DNA from: the human T2T-CHM13v2.0 reference genome, Homo sapiens
NCBI RefSeq assembly: GCF_009914755.1
Contig: NC_060935.1
Reading direction: 5' to 3' (one strand)
Length of the DNA: 64,000 nucleotides
The notes under the pieces are model-generated. The model searched no databases and had not been told where the DNA came from. It saw only the letters and a program-made list of their open reading frames with translations. The first letter of the stretch is position 1. Each line of letters begins with the position of its first letter. The translations under genes and the position numbers were made by a program. Of this stretch, positions 12,971 to 26,850 are shown in pieces.

Positions 12971-15905
12971 AGCAATGGTAGGGCCATTACTTTCATAATA
13001 CAGTGGTAGGGCCTAGACAGGAAGCAAGGGGCCAACACACGTGAGTTGAGAGGGAACTCAGAACAATATAGTAGGATATTCCCCCAAAGTAGAAAGTTTT
13101 ACACTGAAATTAAACGTTTCACTTACTTAACAATTTTCTCTAGGACTTTATTACACATTCTCTGGAGTCTGATATGTTTCTCTTGTAGAATTGAGACACA
13201 GACTTGATATCTGTCATCTTCAGCAAAAAATATTTCCTTACAGGTATTTTTTATTCTGGAACAGGAGACTAAAACCCCAGAAGAGAGATAATTCTAACAT
13301 ACATATTTTAAACTGCCAACAGCCAACGTAGCCTGTGATTCTCAAAGTATATATGTCTCAAATATCATTTAATGTGGATTACTATGCAATGAAACTTCAC
13401 TATATGAAAATATGGAAATAGTTATTCTCATTGTCGTTCAAAAAGCTTTTCTTTAGTCTTGTCACAAAGGATCACAGTTTGCATTTTTAGGTGGCGTTCA
13501 TGTACCTTTCTTCATTGAAGACGGAGAGCATTTTATGAACTTCATATCTTCTTGTTTCAGTAGGGTCTTCATGGTTGTGACTATATCTCCACAGCCAAAG
13601 CAAAGCAGACATTTAAGGTAATTACTTAGATAATTAGTGGGCAAATCTCCACTTTGCTTTCACTGTGGTGCCTTGGCCTTCAATCAGTTGAGGGAAGTTG
13701 GGCACTCAGAAGTTAATATTTTACTTTTTTTTTTTTCATAAGGTACTAAAACACTGTTTCTTCTTTTGTTTTTCCCATGATACTTTTGAAAAATGGCAAT
13801 CTCAGATCTATTGTGGGTGGCTAGAAGACAGTAACCTAGTAATACAATATTTGTTATTTTGTTAGTGTAATTCTTGTGCTCCAGGAATGTTGAGCTTATT
13901 ATTAAAAATTGCTTGTATGAACCTGGGTTTTAGCTTCTGTATGCAATATCATCTTGGCCTTTGCTTTCAAATATTTGGAACAATACATTTATAGAATAAA
14001 AAATGAAACACCATATAATTTCAGAATGTCTCAATTCTACTCCCATTTGTAGTTTAATGCAAAAGGAACCTCATGGACCTCCACCACATTTTTTGCTCCT
14101 GACACCATACCAAACTTCCAGATGTATCAGTCATGTTTTAACACTTCAGTATGATGAAAGTTAGAGAGGATGGAAATGGAATGGGACTTGATTTTGAGGT
14201 ACTGAGGTTGCATTGCACATAGGAAAACTGGCTCATTTTTAGTTTTTAAATATTAATAATTATATCTAGAAAGCACAGCTTACTTAAGTCTTGTCTGTTA
14301 TACATAAATACAAAATAATTATAAGAGAAACCCCATATTATAAATTCTACTTAAAACTAGATGAACATATCTTGAAACTACATTATGAGAATTTTTAGAT
14401 TTCTAAAAGAGCACAGTTAAATGTATTTCCTTAACCATCATTTATTCTATCATTCATTCACTACATACAAGAGGGTGTGCTATTTGAAAGAACTGTTAGA
14501 AAGCTTGAGGATTTAATTTCTTTGTAGGTTCTGTTTCCTGGTAAAGATAATGCTTAATAATGTAAATATTGGTCATATACTATTAATTATTCTGACAGTT
14601 CAATATAATTTAATTTATTATCCCCATTAATAATTGACAGAGACAGGATGTGAGTTTCTGAAAATCTACTTCTAAAATTCCTTCAACAGACGTGCAAATG
14701 TGTCATACAAGATACAAGTATAACTCAGTTGTGTGGCAGAAACACCAGACATAACTTTTCTTGGAGCTGTTGAAAGGCATTGTATAGACTTATGAAGCAA
14801 GTTACTTGTAAATGAACATGAAACCTAAGTCTGTGGAGCTAATCTGACCATGACAGCCCTGACCCCCATTTATCACCAAAGTCGATTGAACCCCTCTTCC
14901 TGGCTGGTGTTAAGTTTCCCCTTTCACTATCCAGGTGTCACTTGGTTCAAGAGGAAGATGTTGGCGGACAGGTTTTCTTCAAATAATATGAGTATCTCTG
15001 TTATTTTCACTACTTAAATTGCCACAATTCTCCTTGCATCTTATAAAAGTATTGTTTTTTGGTTTTTGTTTTTTGTTTTACTTTTCATCAGTATCTTTTA
15101 AAGGGGTGTGTGTATTGGACTAGAGAGATGGTGTGGCATTTTCTAAAAACCCTAGGAATAATTCTTATTTTGGAATAAATTTTTTTTAAAAATCGCTGAA
15201 GTTAGTATGATTTCCATAGGCATCATGGATTTTATGTTGGAGGTTTGTAATGGAGTTTGTGTGATAGTTTTTTGAAGGCAGTTCAGGTCTCCATTTGGAG
15301 GGGCTAAAAATCATGCAGAGTTCTCTTCTTTCCTTTTCTCTGCCTTCCGTCTTTTCCCAGAGATGAGTAGAAGGAGGGAGGATAATTTGCTAAGTTTTGG
15401 CAGTGGTATCCCCATTTTGATTTGTTTTTCTTTCTAAATGCATATATAGAATGACAGCATTGGCATTATCCTACTTAAAGTTTAAATGCAGTAAAATCAA
15501 GAGCAAAGCATGCTTCCTGCATTTCTCACACCCTGCAATGCCCAAAGAAATAATCTGGAGCTGAGCTACACCAGTGGGCTCTTTTTCAGTCCTAGAATAA
15601 AGAGAGGGGCCTTTAGTGGATATAGCCCTTTCTAGGGTCATCTCTCCTTCCACTCTTGAACTCAGGAAGTTCCAGTAGAGTGCTAAGAGGTTCAGGCTTT
15701 ATCATACCTTGGCACCTAGGGCTGAAACACCTGGAGACCAGCAGAGGCTACATAGTGCCAATCTCATAATTCTTTCTCCTCCTAGAGGCTGCAGTCTTCT
15801 GTCTGTGGTCGCGGTTCATTTTCCCAGTATTCCCCAGAGTAACTTCAGTCCTCTGGCTCTTCTGACTTTTGGTAAGGAGGCTTGCCAAGCTGTCTTCATT
15901 CCTGA

Positions 15906-16256
<351 letters not shown>

Positions 16257-16615
16257 TAGAACACCGTCAAGTCTTCCAAGATCTTTGCAGGGCTGGAATT
16301 GGCACTCTCCTTGGGGCTTATTTGCTATGAAATGTTTTCTCTCTGAAGCAAGATGGCCCTTTCTACTTGTTTTTGTTTGCATTTCTCAGATCAGTTTCTT
16401 TCACTTGATCATCATTTCAACATGATCTCCTTCCTGACCTCGCTTCCACAGCAGGTTATAAAAAAGGTGACAAACACCATTTTAAGCATTTAGATTCCAG
16501 CAATTTTCACATAGCCAGAGGCTAGTGAGGGAGGCATCGATATATGTAATGTGCTTCCCACCTGGCATGCACTTCCTAGACATTCCCAGTTAAATACATC
16601 AGAGCTCCGTTTTAA

Positions 16616-16946
<331 letters not shown>

Positions 16947-17429
16947 TGATCTCCAAATTTATTTATTCTGTTACAAGTATTTCTCTAAAATAACCCAGAG
17001 CTCTCTCAACTTACTAGGTGTTAGAGCTACTACAAATGACTTATCTTCAAACATGATCTCTTTCTGATTTTCTTAAAGTGAAGGGCTTTCTAAACAAGAC
17101 CTATGTTTCATGAAAATGTGGTTAGTATGACATTTTAAACAAGGCATTTTCTTAAAGTAACAACTCCTAGATTTTTTTGGTAGCAAAGTGCTTGAAGATT
17201 GGGAGACCAAAACTGAATTGCCTGGGCAAGTACTAAAGGCAGTATTTGGTATGTTGACTTTAAGAACTGAGATTATGTTTGAGGAGATATCAACTTAACA
17301 GCAGAGTTAAGGTAGATATTTTCCTTTCATGAATCTTTCATGCAGTACATTTCTTCTGGTTAAATTTGGGGTTGAAGTTGCCAGTAGAGTTTACCTATCG
17401 TGATTTTTTTTTTTTCTGTTAATCTGGAT

Positions 17430-17900
17430 TTCAAGAGTCAAGAAAGGGTATCTGCAGAAAGTCATGTCTGAGATGAGACTCAAAGAATAAGCACATGTTG
17501 GCTAAACAAAGTAGAAGTGAAAGTGTTTCAACCAGAATCAGAAAGAAAGGAGACAGCATACAAAAAGGCCCAGAAGTAACAGAGGAGGAGATGAGGGGAA
17601 GAGAGAGAGAGAGAGAGACCTCATCAGAACTGTAGAAGTGCAGCCTTGAGAGTTGAGGACAAAAGGAGGAGTGGGCAACGAGAGGCTGGTGTAGCAAGGG
17701 AGACATGATGCCAGGCAGACACACAGAGCCAGCTCATGGAGAGCTACCTGTATGATGAGAGCTTTGGCTTTCTCCTGAAGGCAATAAGAAGATTCTAAAT
17801 AATTTTTAGACGAGGAGAAACATGAGTAGATTGCATTTTAAATCATTCAGGCTGTAGTGCAGATAATGAATTGAAAAGGTATAAAGTTGGAGGACGAGCA
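17430..17900 (-). mobile_element. L2 fragment
   Basis: Purine-rich L2 antisense motifs (gtcatgtctgagatgagactcaaagaat; gcatacaaaaaggcccag; tagattgcattttaaatcattcaggctg). Confidence 0.65.
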
Positions 17901-18856
17901 TTCCACCGTTTTGGCTTGGAGAGTGTGGAGGTCAAGAGGGTGGCAGCTCATTCTGGGGACCTACCTCTTGAAATTCCAGGTATATATATTATTATCTACT
18001 GTGTGAGGCTATCTTGTGTCTTGGTTATTTAAAATTGAAACACCGTTAAGTTTATCTTTGTCCTGCAAACGATAACAGAAAAGCAACATGTTGATTTTGG
18101 CTTATTCTGATACATCTGCCTGGCATGGAGGAATTGGTCGGGTTTCAAAATGTCAGAATTTCTGCTTGTTAATGAGTGGTTTCTTTGGTGAGAATTTTAT
18201 GTAGAATAAAATTGTGGGCTACTCACAGAAACTAAAAGAGAATGATGGGAAATAGTCTTTTAACATTTTACCACTGTAATGAGTTTTTGTTTGTTTGTTT
18301 GTTATTTAAAAAAAAAACCTCCAGGTAATATCAATGGACAAGAGTCAAATAAATTAATAAAAAGCACAGACTAGTGCTCCTATCAACAAGTTTTTAGAAA
18401 TTTGTTACCCTAAGCTCTTATTCTCCAGATGTTATTCAGATTCTCAGTTCCAGGTCTGCCTAGTAATTTAGTACATGGCTTGTTTAGCATAGAAGAACTG
18501 TAAAAAATATAGAGCTCTGCCCACAATAAGCCTTTCATAGAGACTAAGACATTATATTAAAACTGTTCCTTGGGCCAAGATCCTTCCAGAGCATTCTTTG
18601 GCCATTTACAAATTTCTTTACATGAGTTCATTACAAATATACCCAGAAAGCATTGATTCCAGATGTACGGCTGAGTTAAGAGTTTTGGGTACGCGTTAAC
18701 ACAATTTATTTACCTTGTATTGTGCCTGTTGATTTTCAGTAGCAGAGAGTAAGTACCTACTATGTGCCTGGAACTGGTGTCATGAATTGAGCAGTGAACA
18801 AAATAGTCAGGTTTTTATGTTCTGGGAGTGGGAAGACAGGAATAAATACAAAGACC

Positions 18857-19034
18857 AAGGGGGCCAGATATAACTGTTTTAGGCTTTGTGGGGTGTATGG
18901 TTTCTGTTACAACTACTCACTTCTATTGTTTTAGCAATGAATTTGCGTGGTGGCTGTGTTCCAATAACACTGTACTTACAAAAATAGGTATGGGCCAGAT
19001 TTGTTCTATAAACCATATAGTTTGCTGACCCCTG
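18857..19034. mobile_element. MER58A-like hAT-Charlie fossil within an L2 remnant
   Basis: gggccagata...ttttaggctttgtggg...ggctgtgttccaataacact...tagtttgctgacccctg. Confidence 0.8.
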
Positions 19035-20054
19035 ACATTGATCACTAAATAAGGAAGTTCATCTTATCTACTAATAAGAAAGAAAATAGAACAGGATAAT
19101 ATGGAAGGCAGTAGTTGTGGCAGCTTCGGCCAGAGTGATTGGGCAAGAGTTTTTTGTGATTGAGTTAAATCAGTGTCCGAGTGATTAAAGAGCAAGTTGT
19201 CAATATCATCTATTTATCATCTATTTACCTTTCTGTTAAAATTTTATATAAAGCTAAGAAAATTAAGTTACATATTATACATTTATAGGAGGTAGGAACC
19301 ATATAGAACATGCTGACATGTACCTGGACTCAACAATTGTTGCCCTGTAGTTGAAGAGAGTTTCAGAAAATATCTTTCTCAAAAGTTCCAGCCTTCTTTA
19401 ATTCATACTTTCCTCTGAATTTCTATGGCATTTATTAAATGATGAGATTCACTTAGCCTTGAGAAAATGTAACATTGGTTAGTGTATGTTTTTTGTATGC
19501 TGACCTGAAGTGTGTAGACAGTGTTATATGTTAGTTTCTAAACTGGCCTCTCAGCTTGGCATTCTTCTGTAGCTGGCATGTCATAACTATTGAATTACCA
19601 TTTTATGAGGATCAGGAAAGTTAAAAGAGAGTGCAGCTAGGAGTCCAACAGGAGGTGGCTCAGATTGATAATTTGCTTTCACAATGCATAAAAACTTCCT
19701 ATATGGAAAACATTAGCTGAAGGAAAAGGAGAGGCGTACTTGTGAATCTCAAGTGATCTCTCTAAGATTTGTAAGACGAGTTGTTTTATGTGTACTGTAG
19801 TTGTTGTTAAATCCTAAGCCATACAACAAATTAAAGAGTACAAGTTTATCAACAATACTCTGTGCCATTTGGCTCCCTTGGTTGATGCATGTGGAATAAT
19901 CTGTCAGACAATAGGCATTACCTCTTGTATATAAGGAACTGGATAGAAGCCATGGCTTCAGACCTCAACGATCAGTTTAAGAAAGACTCAAGAGTTAATT
20001 ACACAAATAAAATAAGACAAAATGAAAAGTTCCATGAAGCAGCATTATTTAGAG

Positions 20055-21270
20055 TACATATTCATTCAACAAAATTTTGCTGAGTACTTATAATGAGCTG
20101 GGTATTTTTCTAGACACTGATGAATTGTGACAAGTAGGATCAATATGATATAGATTTATCTGGAAAGCTTTCAAAGAGAAGGTAGAAATTCACCAGTGTC
20201 CTGAGAAGTATGTGGGATTTTAATTTGAGAGCACCATTTTAAAGGGTAAGCATGGCAGAGGAATAGGAAGAACTCAAGGGCTCTTCAAACAATGAATACA
20301 GTTAGTTTGATTGGAGATTATGTAGAGAATTCCAGCAGGAATAATGTAAGAAAGGTAGGTTGGGGGCAATTGTTGGAGGGCCTTGATAAATCCAAAAACT
20401 TTGGCATTTTAACCTGAAGGCATTACACGGCAATTGGAGATACTGAGCAATAGCATGGTACATTGAAGTTTAAGCCAATTAATCTGGCAGAGGTTTGTAT
20501 ATACAATTGTAGGTGGAGCAGAAAGAAACCAAAGGCAATTCTGCCAATTAGGAGGCTATTTCAGTTGTTCATATGCTATGTGCATTCACAAAAATGGTAG
20601 AGAGAATGGGAAAATGATGAACAATGTTAGTGGTATTTTGGGGGTAGACTTAATTGGCTATTAATGGAATAGAGGGAAGAGGCGAAGAAGAAACTAGAAT
20701 TTTGAAAATAATGATTTCTTAAAACAAATTACTCCTCCCCTAGAAAAAAATTTAGTTGAAAAGTAATCTTTCCAGCTTAAAAGAGTTTTCTCAGGTCAAA
20801 TGATTCTGCTGTCCACTTGCTATATAACCTTGATCAAGTTATTTAAAATCTCTGTGACTCATCTATAATGTGAATTATAATGCTACTCATTTTTAGAGGG
20901 CTGATTATTCATTCAGCCGATATTCCATAAATTATTTTCTAGCTCCTGGGAATAGGGTGGTGAATGAGACAAGGTCCCTGCTGTTAAGGAGTATATTTTC
21001 TGATGGAGACAGATTCTTTCTCAGTAAGCAAATATACAGGTAATTTTGAGTTCTAATAAATGTTAGAAGGAAACATTTGATTCAATGTAGAATAATACGG
21101 TTCAGGAGGGGTTACTTTGGGTAAAGCTTGAAGAGATGGCCTCTCCAAGGAAGTGATATTTGAAGTGAGATGTAAATAATGAGAAGGAGCCAGGCTTGCG
21201 AAGAGCGGGAAAAGCAGTTTAGAGGTAACAGGAAGAGCAAGTGCAAAAGTTGGCTTATTTGAGGAGCAGT
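20055..21270 (-). mobile_element. L2 fragments with an intervening MIR (~20800-20900)
   Basis: L2 tail ttcattcaacaaaattttgctgagtactta; gtgaatgagacaaggtccctgct; ggaagtgatatttgaagtgaga. Confidence 0.65.
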
Positions 21271-22047
21271 ATAGCAGATTTTTTAGGAAATGCACACCTA
21301 CAAATGTAATACTTAATTGTCAGTCTGTAGGTAGAAATCATCGCAGATTTAAAAGGGTCACATGCCCTCTAGTGTCCTCTATGCCTTATTTAATCCTGTT
21401 AATAGGCTTTTCCAAGTGCCATGAAGAATGTTGAAACTGTGTATGTGTGCATTTGTTCTGTGAAATGCATTAATATTTCTTTATGTAGGAAACAGAATTC
21501 TGAGAAGGCAGCTTCTGTTGAAGGGGGATATATTTATTTATTTTTGTAAATGAGAAGGAATGGAAACAGAGGGGAACAAGAAGTGTTCTGTTGAAAGGGA
21601 TGACTTGCATATTTTAGTTTGGTCTGTTCATTCTTACATAAACTAGGGCAAAACAATGATCCCATTAAGTTTTTTGTTTTTTTTTTTTTCTCTTCAGTGT
21701 TTTTCTTTTTTGGGTTTAAAATAAAGGAAAAAAAATAGAATCAGGGAATACTTTGATTCTGTTGTGTGGGTTGAAATTCTATCTCTCCACCCACAAAAAA
21801 ATTCTGAAAAATGGGTCTTGGAATTTTTTTCTTCATGAGTCCTAGTCATCGCCCTCATTTTGTGCCCATCTCCCTAGTTTTGGAGATGATGGAGAGACAA
21901 TAGAGAATAGAGTGAAAATGTGGGGATGGTGCCCACCTCCACACCTATGTCTGAGTTCTTGTTTGTTCTGTAGCCATATTGGTCTTCCCTTCTTTCAACA
22001 CAGTGTGTTGTTTCTTGTTCAAGGGCCTTTTGAAATACAATGCCTCA

Positions 22048-22411
<364 letters not shown>

Positions 22412-22847
22412 CTATCCATTTTCTAACATCTCATTTTAATTTTTTTTAGTGGTTACTCCCAATGTCCTGTCCTACAACCAACCAACCTTCCTCCCCAAAT
22501 TAGGCCACTGTTAGATTAGGTCTCCCTTTTAAGGGATACTGATCCCAAACACCCTGTAATTTTCTTTCATGACATTCATGATGTCATAATCTTTGCTGTG
22601 TTTTCTTCCATTCTTTACGCTTTTGACCTTAAGAGTTGACTCGGAGTTGATTGTTGCTCTCTTCCCAGTGTGGTGTACTCTCTAGTACATTGCGTAGTAT
22701 ATACGAGTTGCTTAATATTTATTTATCAAATGAATTGAGCTAAAACAAACAGGTACTGTTTAGACATAATACAGGATTTTGGGAAGTTGGGGAACTCTGA
22801 AAAATAGAAAAGTAATTTCACTAGCTAGGGTTGAGATTAGCTATGAG

Positions 22848-23490
<643 letters not shown>

Positions 23491-25029
23491 GAAACAGCTT
23501 AATCCTAGATTCAGGATTAAATTCAATCAGCCTTCTATGTCTGTAAATTTCAAAAAGTATGATAAAGTAAATGTGGTTCATAAATTTTAAAAAGATAATC
23601 ACAGCATCTTGACCATTTACAAAGCAAAGCATTCTGAATTAGGGCATTTGACCTCATAACATCCCCCCAGACTAGATAGATTAAGAGGTGAGAACCTGAG
23701 AAAAAAAGCAGATCAGAGTAGAGGCAGACAATTTGCTTAATTACTGCAGCAAAACCGGAAGTTGCAGAGTGGCAGAGTCTGCTGTCCTTTGGCAAACAAG
23801 GGACAGCCCACACACACTACAGACATCCTGTGGTCCACACTCTATGGTCACTTAGCAACCAAGAGGAGATTTCTTTGTATTCTGAGCTATTCACTGAGGT
23901 GGGGATGGGGGGTCTCCTAGAAGGCCCTTCAGAACTAGGCCACGTGGAGAGTTAGATTAAATGAAACTCAAGGGTATTATGGCTTTTCTCACAGAATATC
24001 TATTTCCTGACATGTTCCCGCCTCTGCTACTGAAGCAGGTCATGTATGAGTGCAGCTGCCACTCAGCCTGATTCAGACTTTTCATTCACAGGTTTAATTA
24101 AAATTTCTAGCAAGCACCATCTATCATTTCTCTTTTGTAATTTTTCTCTCTGAGAGAAACAAGTTCAGTGCTCATGATCTCTTGCATGGTTATGGTGCCT
24201 TTCTTTCTATAGGAAGAGATTAGTAACCTCTTTAACAACTTATAGATTTTCACTGGGAACCTTGATTGAAAGAAAATCATAATTGTTAGTCTGTGTTTGG
24301 AGCTAAAGATAATGTGGGTAAACTCCCTGAGGTTTATTATGGTACTCGGTGTAACACATTATAAGGTCCAAAAAATATTATATTTTTTGGAATTGTTTTT
24401 TATGATACTGTAATGTAACAAAGCAGTTCCCCTCTAGGACTGTCTAGATCCCTGGGTCTTGTGCTTATAAAAATTGGGATTCATAGGCTAATTTCAGTGT
24501 TTTAGAAAGACAATGGAACTTGAACCTTTACCAATGGCTATGTTGCATGGACTCACCAGATACCATGCTTTCGGCCAAATTAATATAAAAATTGTTTCTT
24601 TATACTAATCAGTTGATGGTCTGCATTTCATGTATATGTTTTTTATTAGTTAAAATGGGGACCAAGTTATTTACTAATGAATAACATTTGCTGATAAAGT
24701 CTTTCAGCACTGTGTGTGTGAAAAATAATGCAAATATTGGAAGGAATTGTAAGATGGAACCCTGGTACTGACTGTTTTGTCACTTTGAGTAAGTTATGCA
24801 ACTATTGTGGGAATGAATTCCCTCATCTATATAAAGGGGATTAATAGTATTAATTAGACAGATTTGTTGTGAGAGCTAGAGAGGACAGCCTCTTAATGAT
24901 GGAGAGTTATCATCAGCAACAGAAGCAGTAGTAGCATCATTATCATTATTTTTCTTTCGAAACCAGAAGTTTAAAAGAAAAATAAAGTTAAGGGGTTCCT
25001 TAGTTGTGAACCAATTGGAAAGTACTGTG

Positions 25030-26850
25030 TTTTTTCTTTCTTTTTCAACTTTTATTTTAGAATCAGAGAGTATATGTGTAGGTTTGTTACAAAGCTATAT
25101 TGCCCAGTGCTGAGGTTGGGGTATGACTTGAACCCATCATCCAGGTAGTAAGCATAGTATCCAACAGGGAGTTTTTCAGCTCTTGCCCCCACATCCTTTT
25201 CCCCTCTAGTAGTCCCCAGTGTCTATTGTTCTCATCTTTATGTCCACATGTACCCAGAATTTAGCTCTCCCTTATAAGTGAGAAAATACAGTACGTTGTT
25301 TTCTATTCCTGTGTTAGTTAGGTTAGGGTAATGGCCTCCAGCTGCATCCATGTTGCTGCAAAAAAAAAAAAAATAATAATAATAATGTGATTTTGTTCTT
25401 TTTTTTTTTTTTTTTTGGCCGTATAGTGTCTACGTACCATGGTATATATGTACCATATTTTCTTTATCCAATCTACAACTGATGGCCACCTAGGTTGATT
25501 CCACGTCTTTGCTCTTGTGAATAGTGCTGCAATGAACATACACATGCATGTGTTCCTTTGGTAGAATGATTTATTTTCCTTTAGGTACATACCCAGTCTT
25601 GGGATTGCTGGGTCAAATAGTGGTTCAATTCTTAGTTCATTGAGAAATCTCCAAACTGGTCTTTACAGAGGCTGGACTAATTTACATACCTCACCAACAG
25701 TGTGTAAATGTCCCCTTTTCTCTGCAGGCTTGCCAACGTCCTTTTCTTTTTGACATAACAAAGCCATTCTGACTGGTACAAGATAGCATCTCATTGTGGC
25801 TTTGATTTGTATTTCTCTGATGATTAGTGATGATGAGCATTTTTTCATGTTTGTTAGCCATTGTTTGTCTTCTTTTGAGAGGTGTCTATTCATGTCTTTT
25901 GTTCACTTTTTAATGGGGCTATTTGTTTTTTGCCTGTTGAATTCTTTAAGTTCTTTATAGATTCTGGATATCACACTTTTATCAGAGGCATAACTTGTGA
26001 ATGTTTTCTCCCATTCTGTAGCATGTCTGTTTACTTCCTTGATAGTTTCTCTTCTTTCGTAGAAGCTCTTTAGTTTAATTTGGTTCCACTTATCAATTTT
26101 CGCTTTTATTGCAATGCTCTTGAGGACTTAGCCATAATTTCTTTGCAAAGGCTCCTTATGACTTGCCATATGCTTTTCGTTCCTGTTACCCCACTCCCCA
26201 GGCCAAGTTTTCCAGTGACTTTTGAAGTAGTTTGTACAACTGCATAGGGCCTCACTCTGGCCCTTTAAGGATCCCACTTACTTACTTTTTTTGAGTTAGC
26301 ACCCCTTTGGGAGGAGGGGAAATTCTTCCTTTGCCATTTGTGAGTTTTTACTCCAATCCCCATGTCAAGAAGGATATTTCCTAGGTTTTCTTGTAGGATT
26401 TTTACAGTTTGAGACATATTTAAGTCTTTAATCCACCTTGGGTGTTTTTTTGTATATGTGTAAGGAAGGAGTCCAGTTTCGTTCTTCTGTGTATGCTTAG
26501 CCAGCCATCCAAGCAGCGTTTATTGAATTAGCGTCTTTTCCCCATTGCTTACTTTTGGCAAGTTTGTCAAAGATCAGTTGATTGTGCGTGTGTGGCTTTA
26601 TTTCTGTGTTCTCTCTTCTGTTCCATTGGTCTATAGTTCTGTTTCTGTACCAGGACCATGCTGTTTTGGTTACTGTAGCCTTGTAGTATAGTTTGAAGTT
26701 GGGTAATATGGTTCCTCTGGCATTGTTCTTTTTGCTTAGGATTGCTTTGGCTATTTGGACTCATTTTGGTTTCATATGAATTTCAGCTTTTTCTATGTGT
26801 GTGAAAAATGATTGGTAGTTTGATAGGAATAGTGTTGAATCTGTAAATGG
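25030..26850 (-). mobile_element. 5'-truncated L1PA15/16-like element with a foreign insert at ~26153-26358
   Basis: tttcaacttttattttagaatcagag...; ORF2 C-terminal peptides in the minus-strand ORFs ([34 protein letters not shown]). Confidence 0.92.

Noticed and set aside
25318-26764. ORFs with L1 ORF2-like peptides (also 48854-49114, 59240-59422)
   Set aside because: Fragmented remnants of truncated L1s with stops and frameshifts
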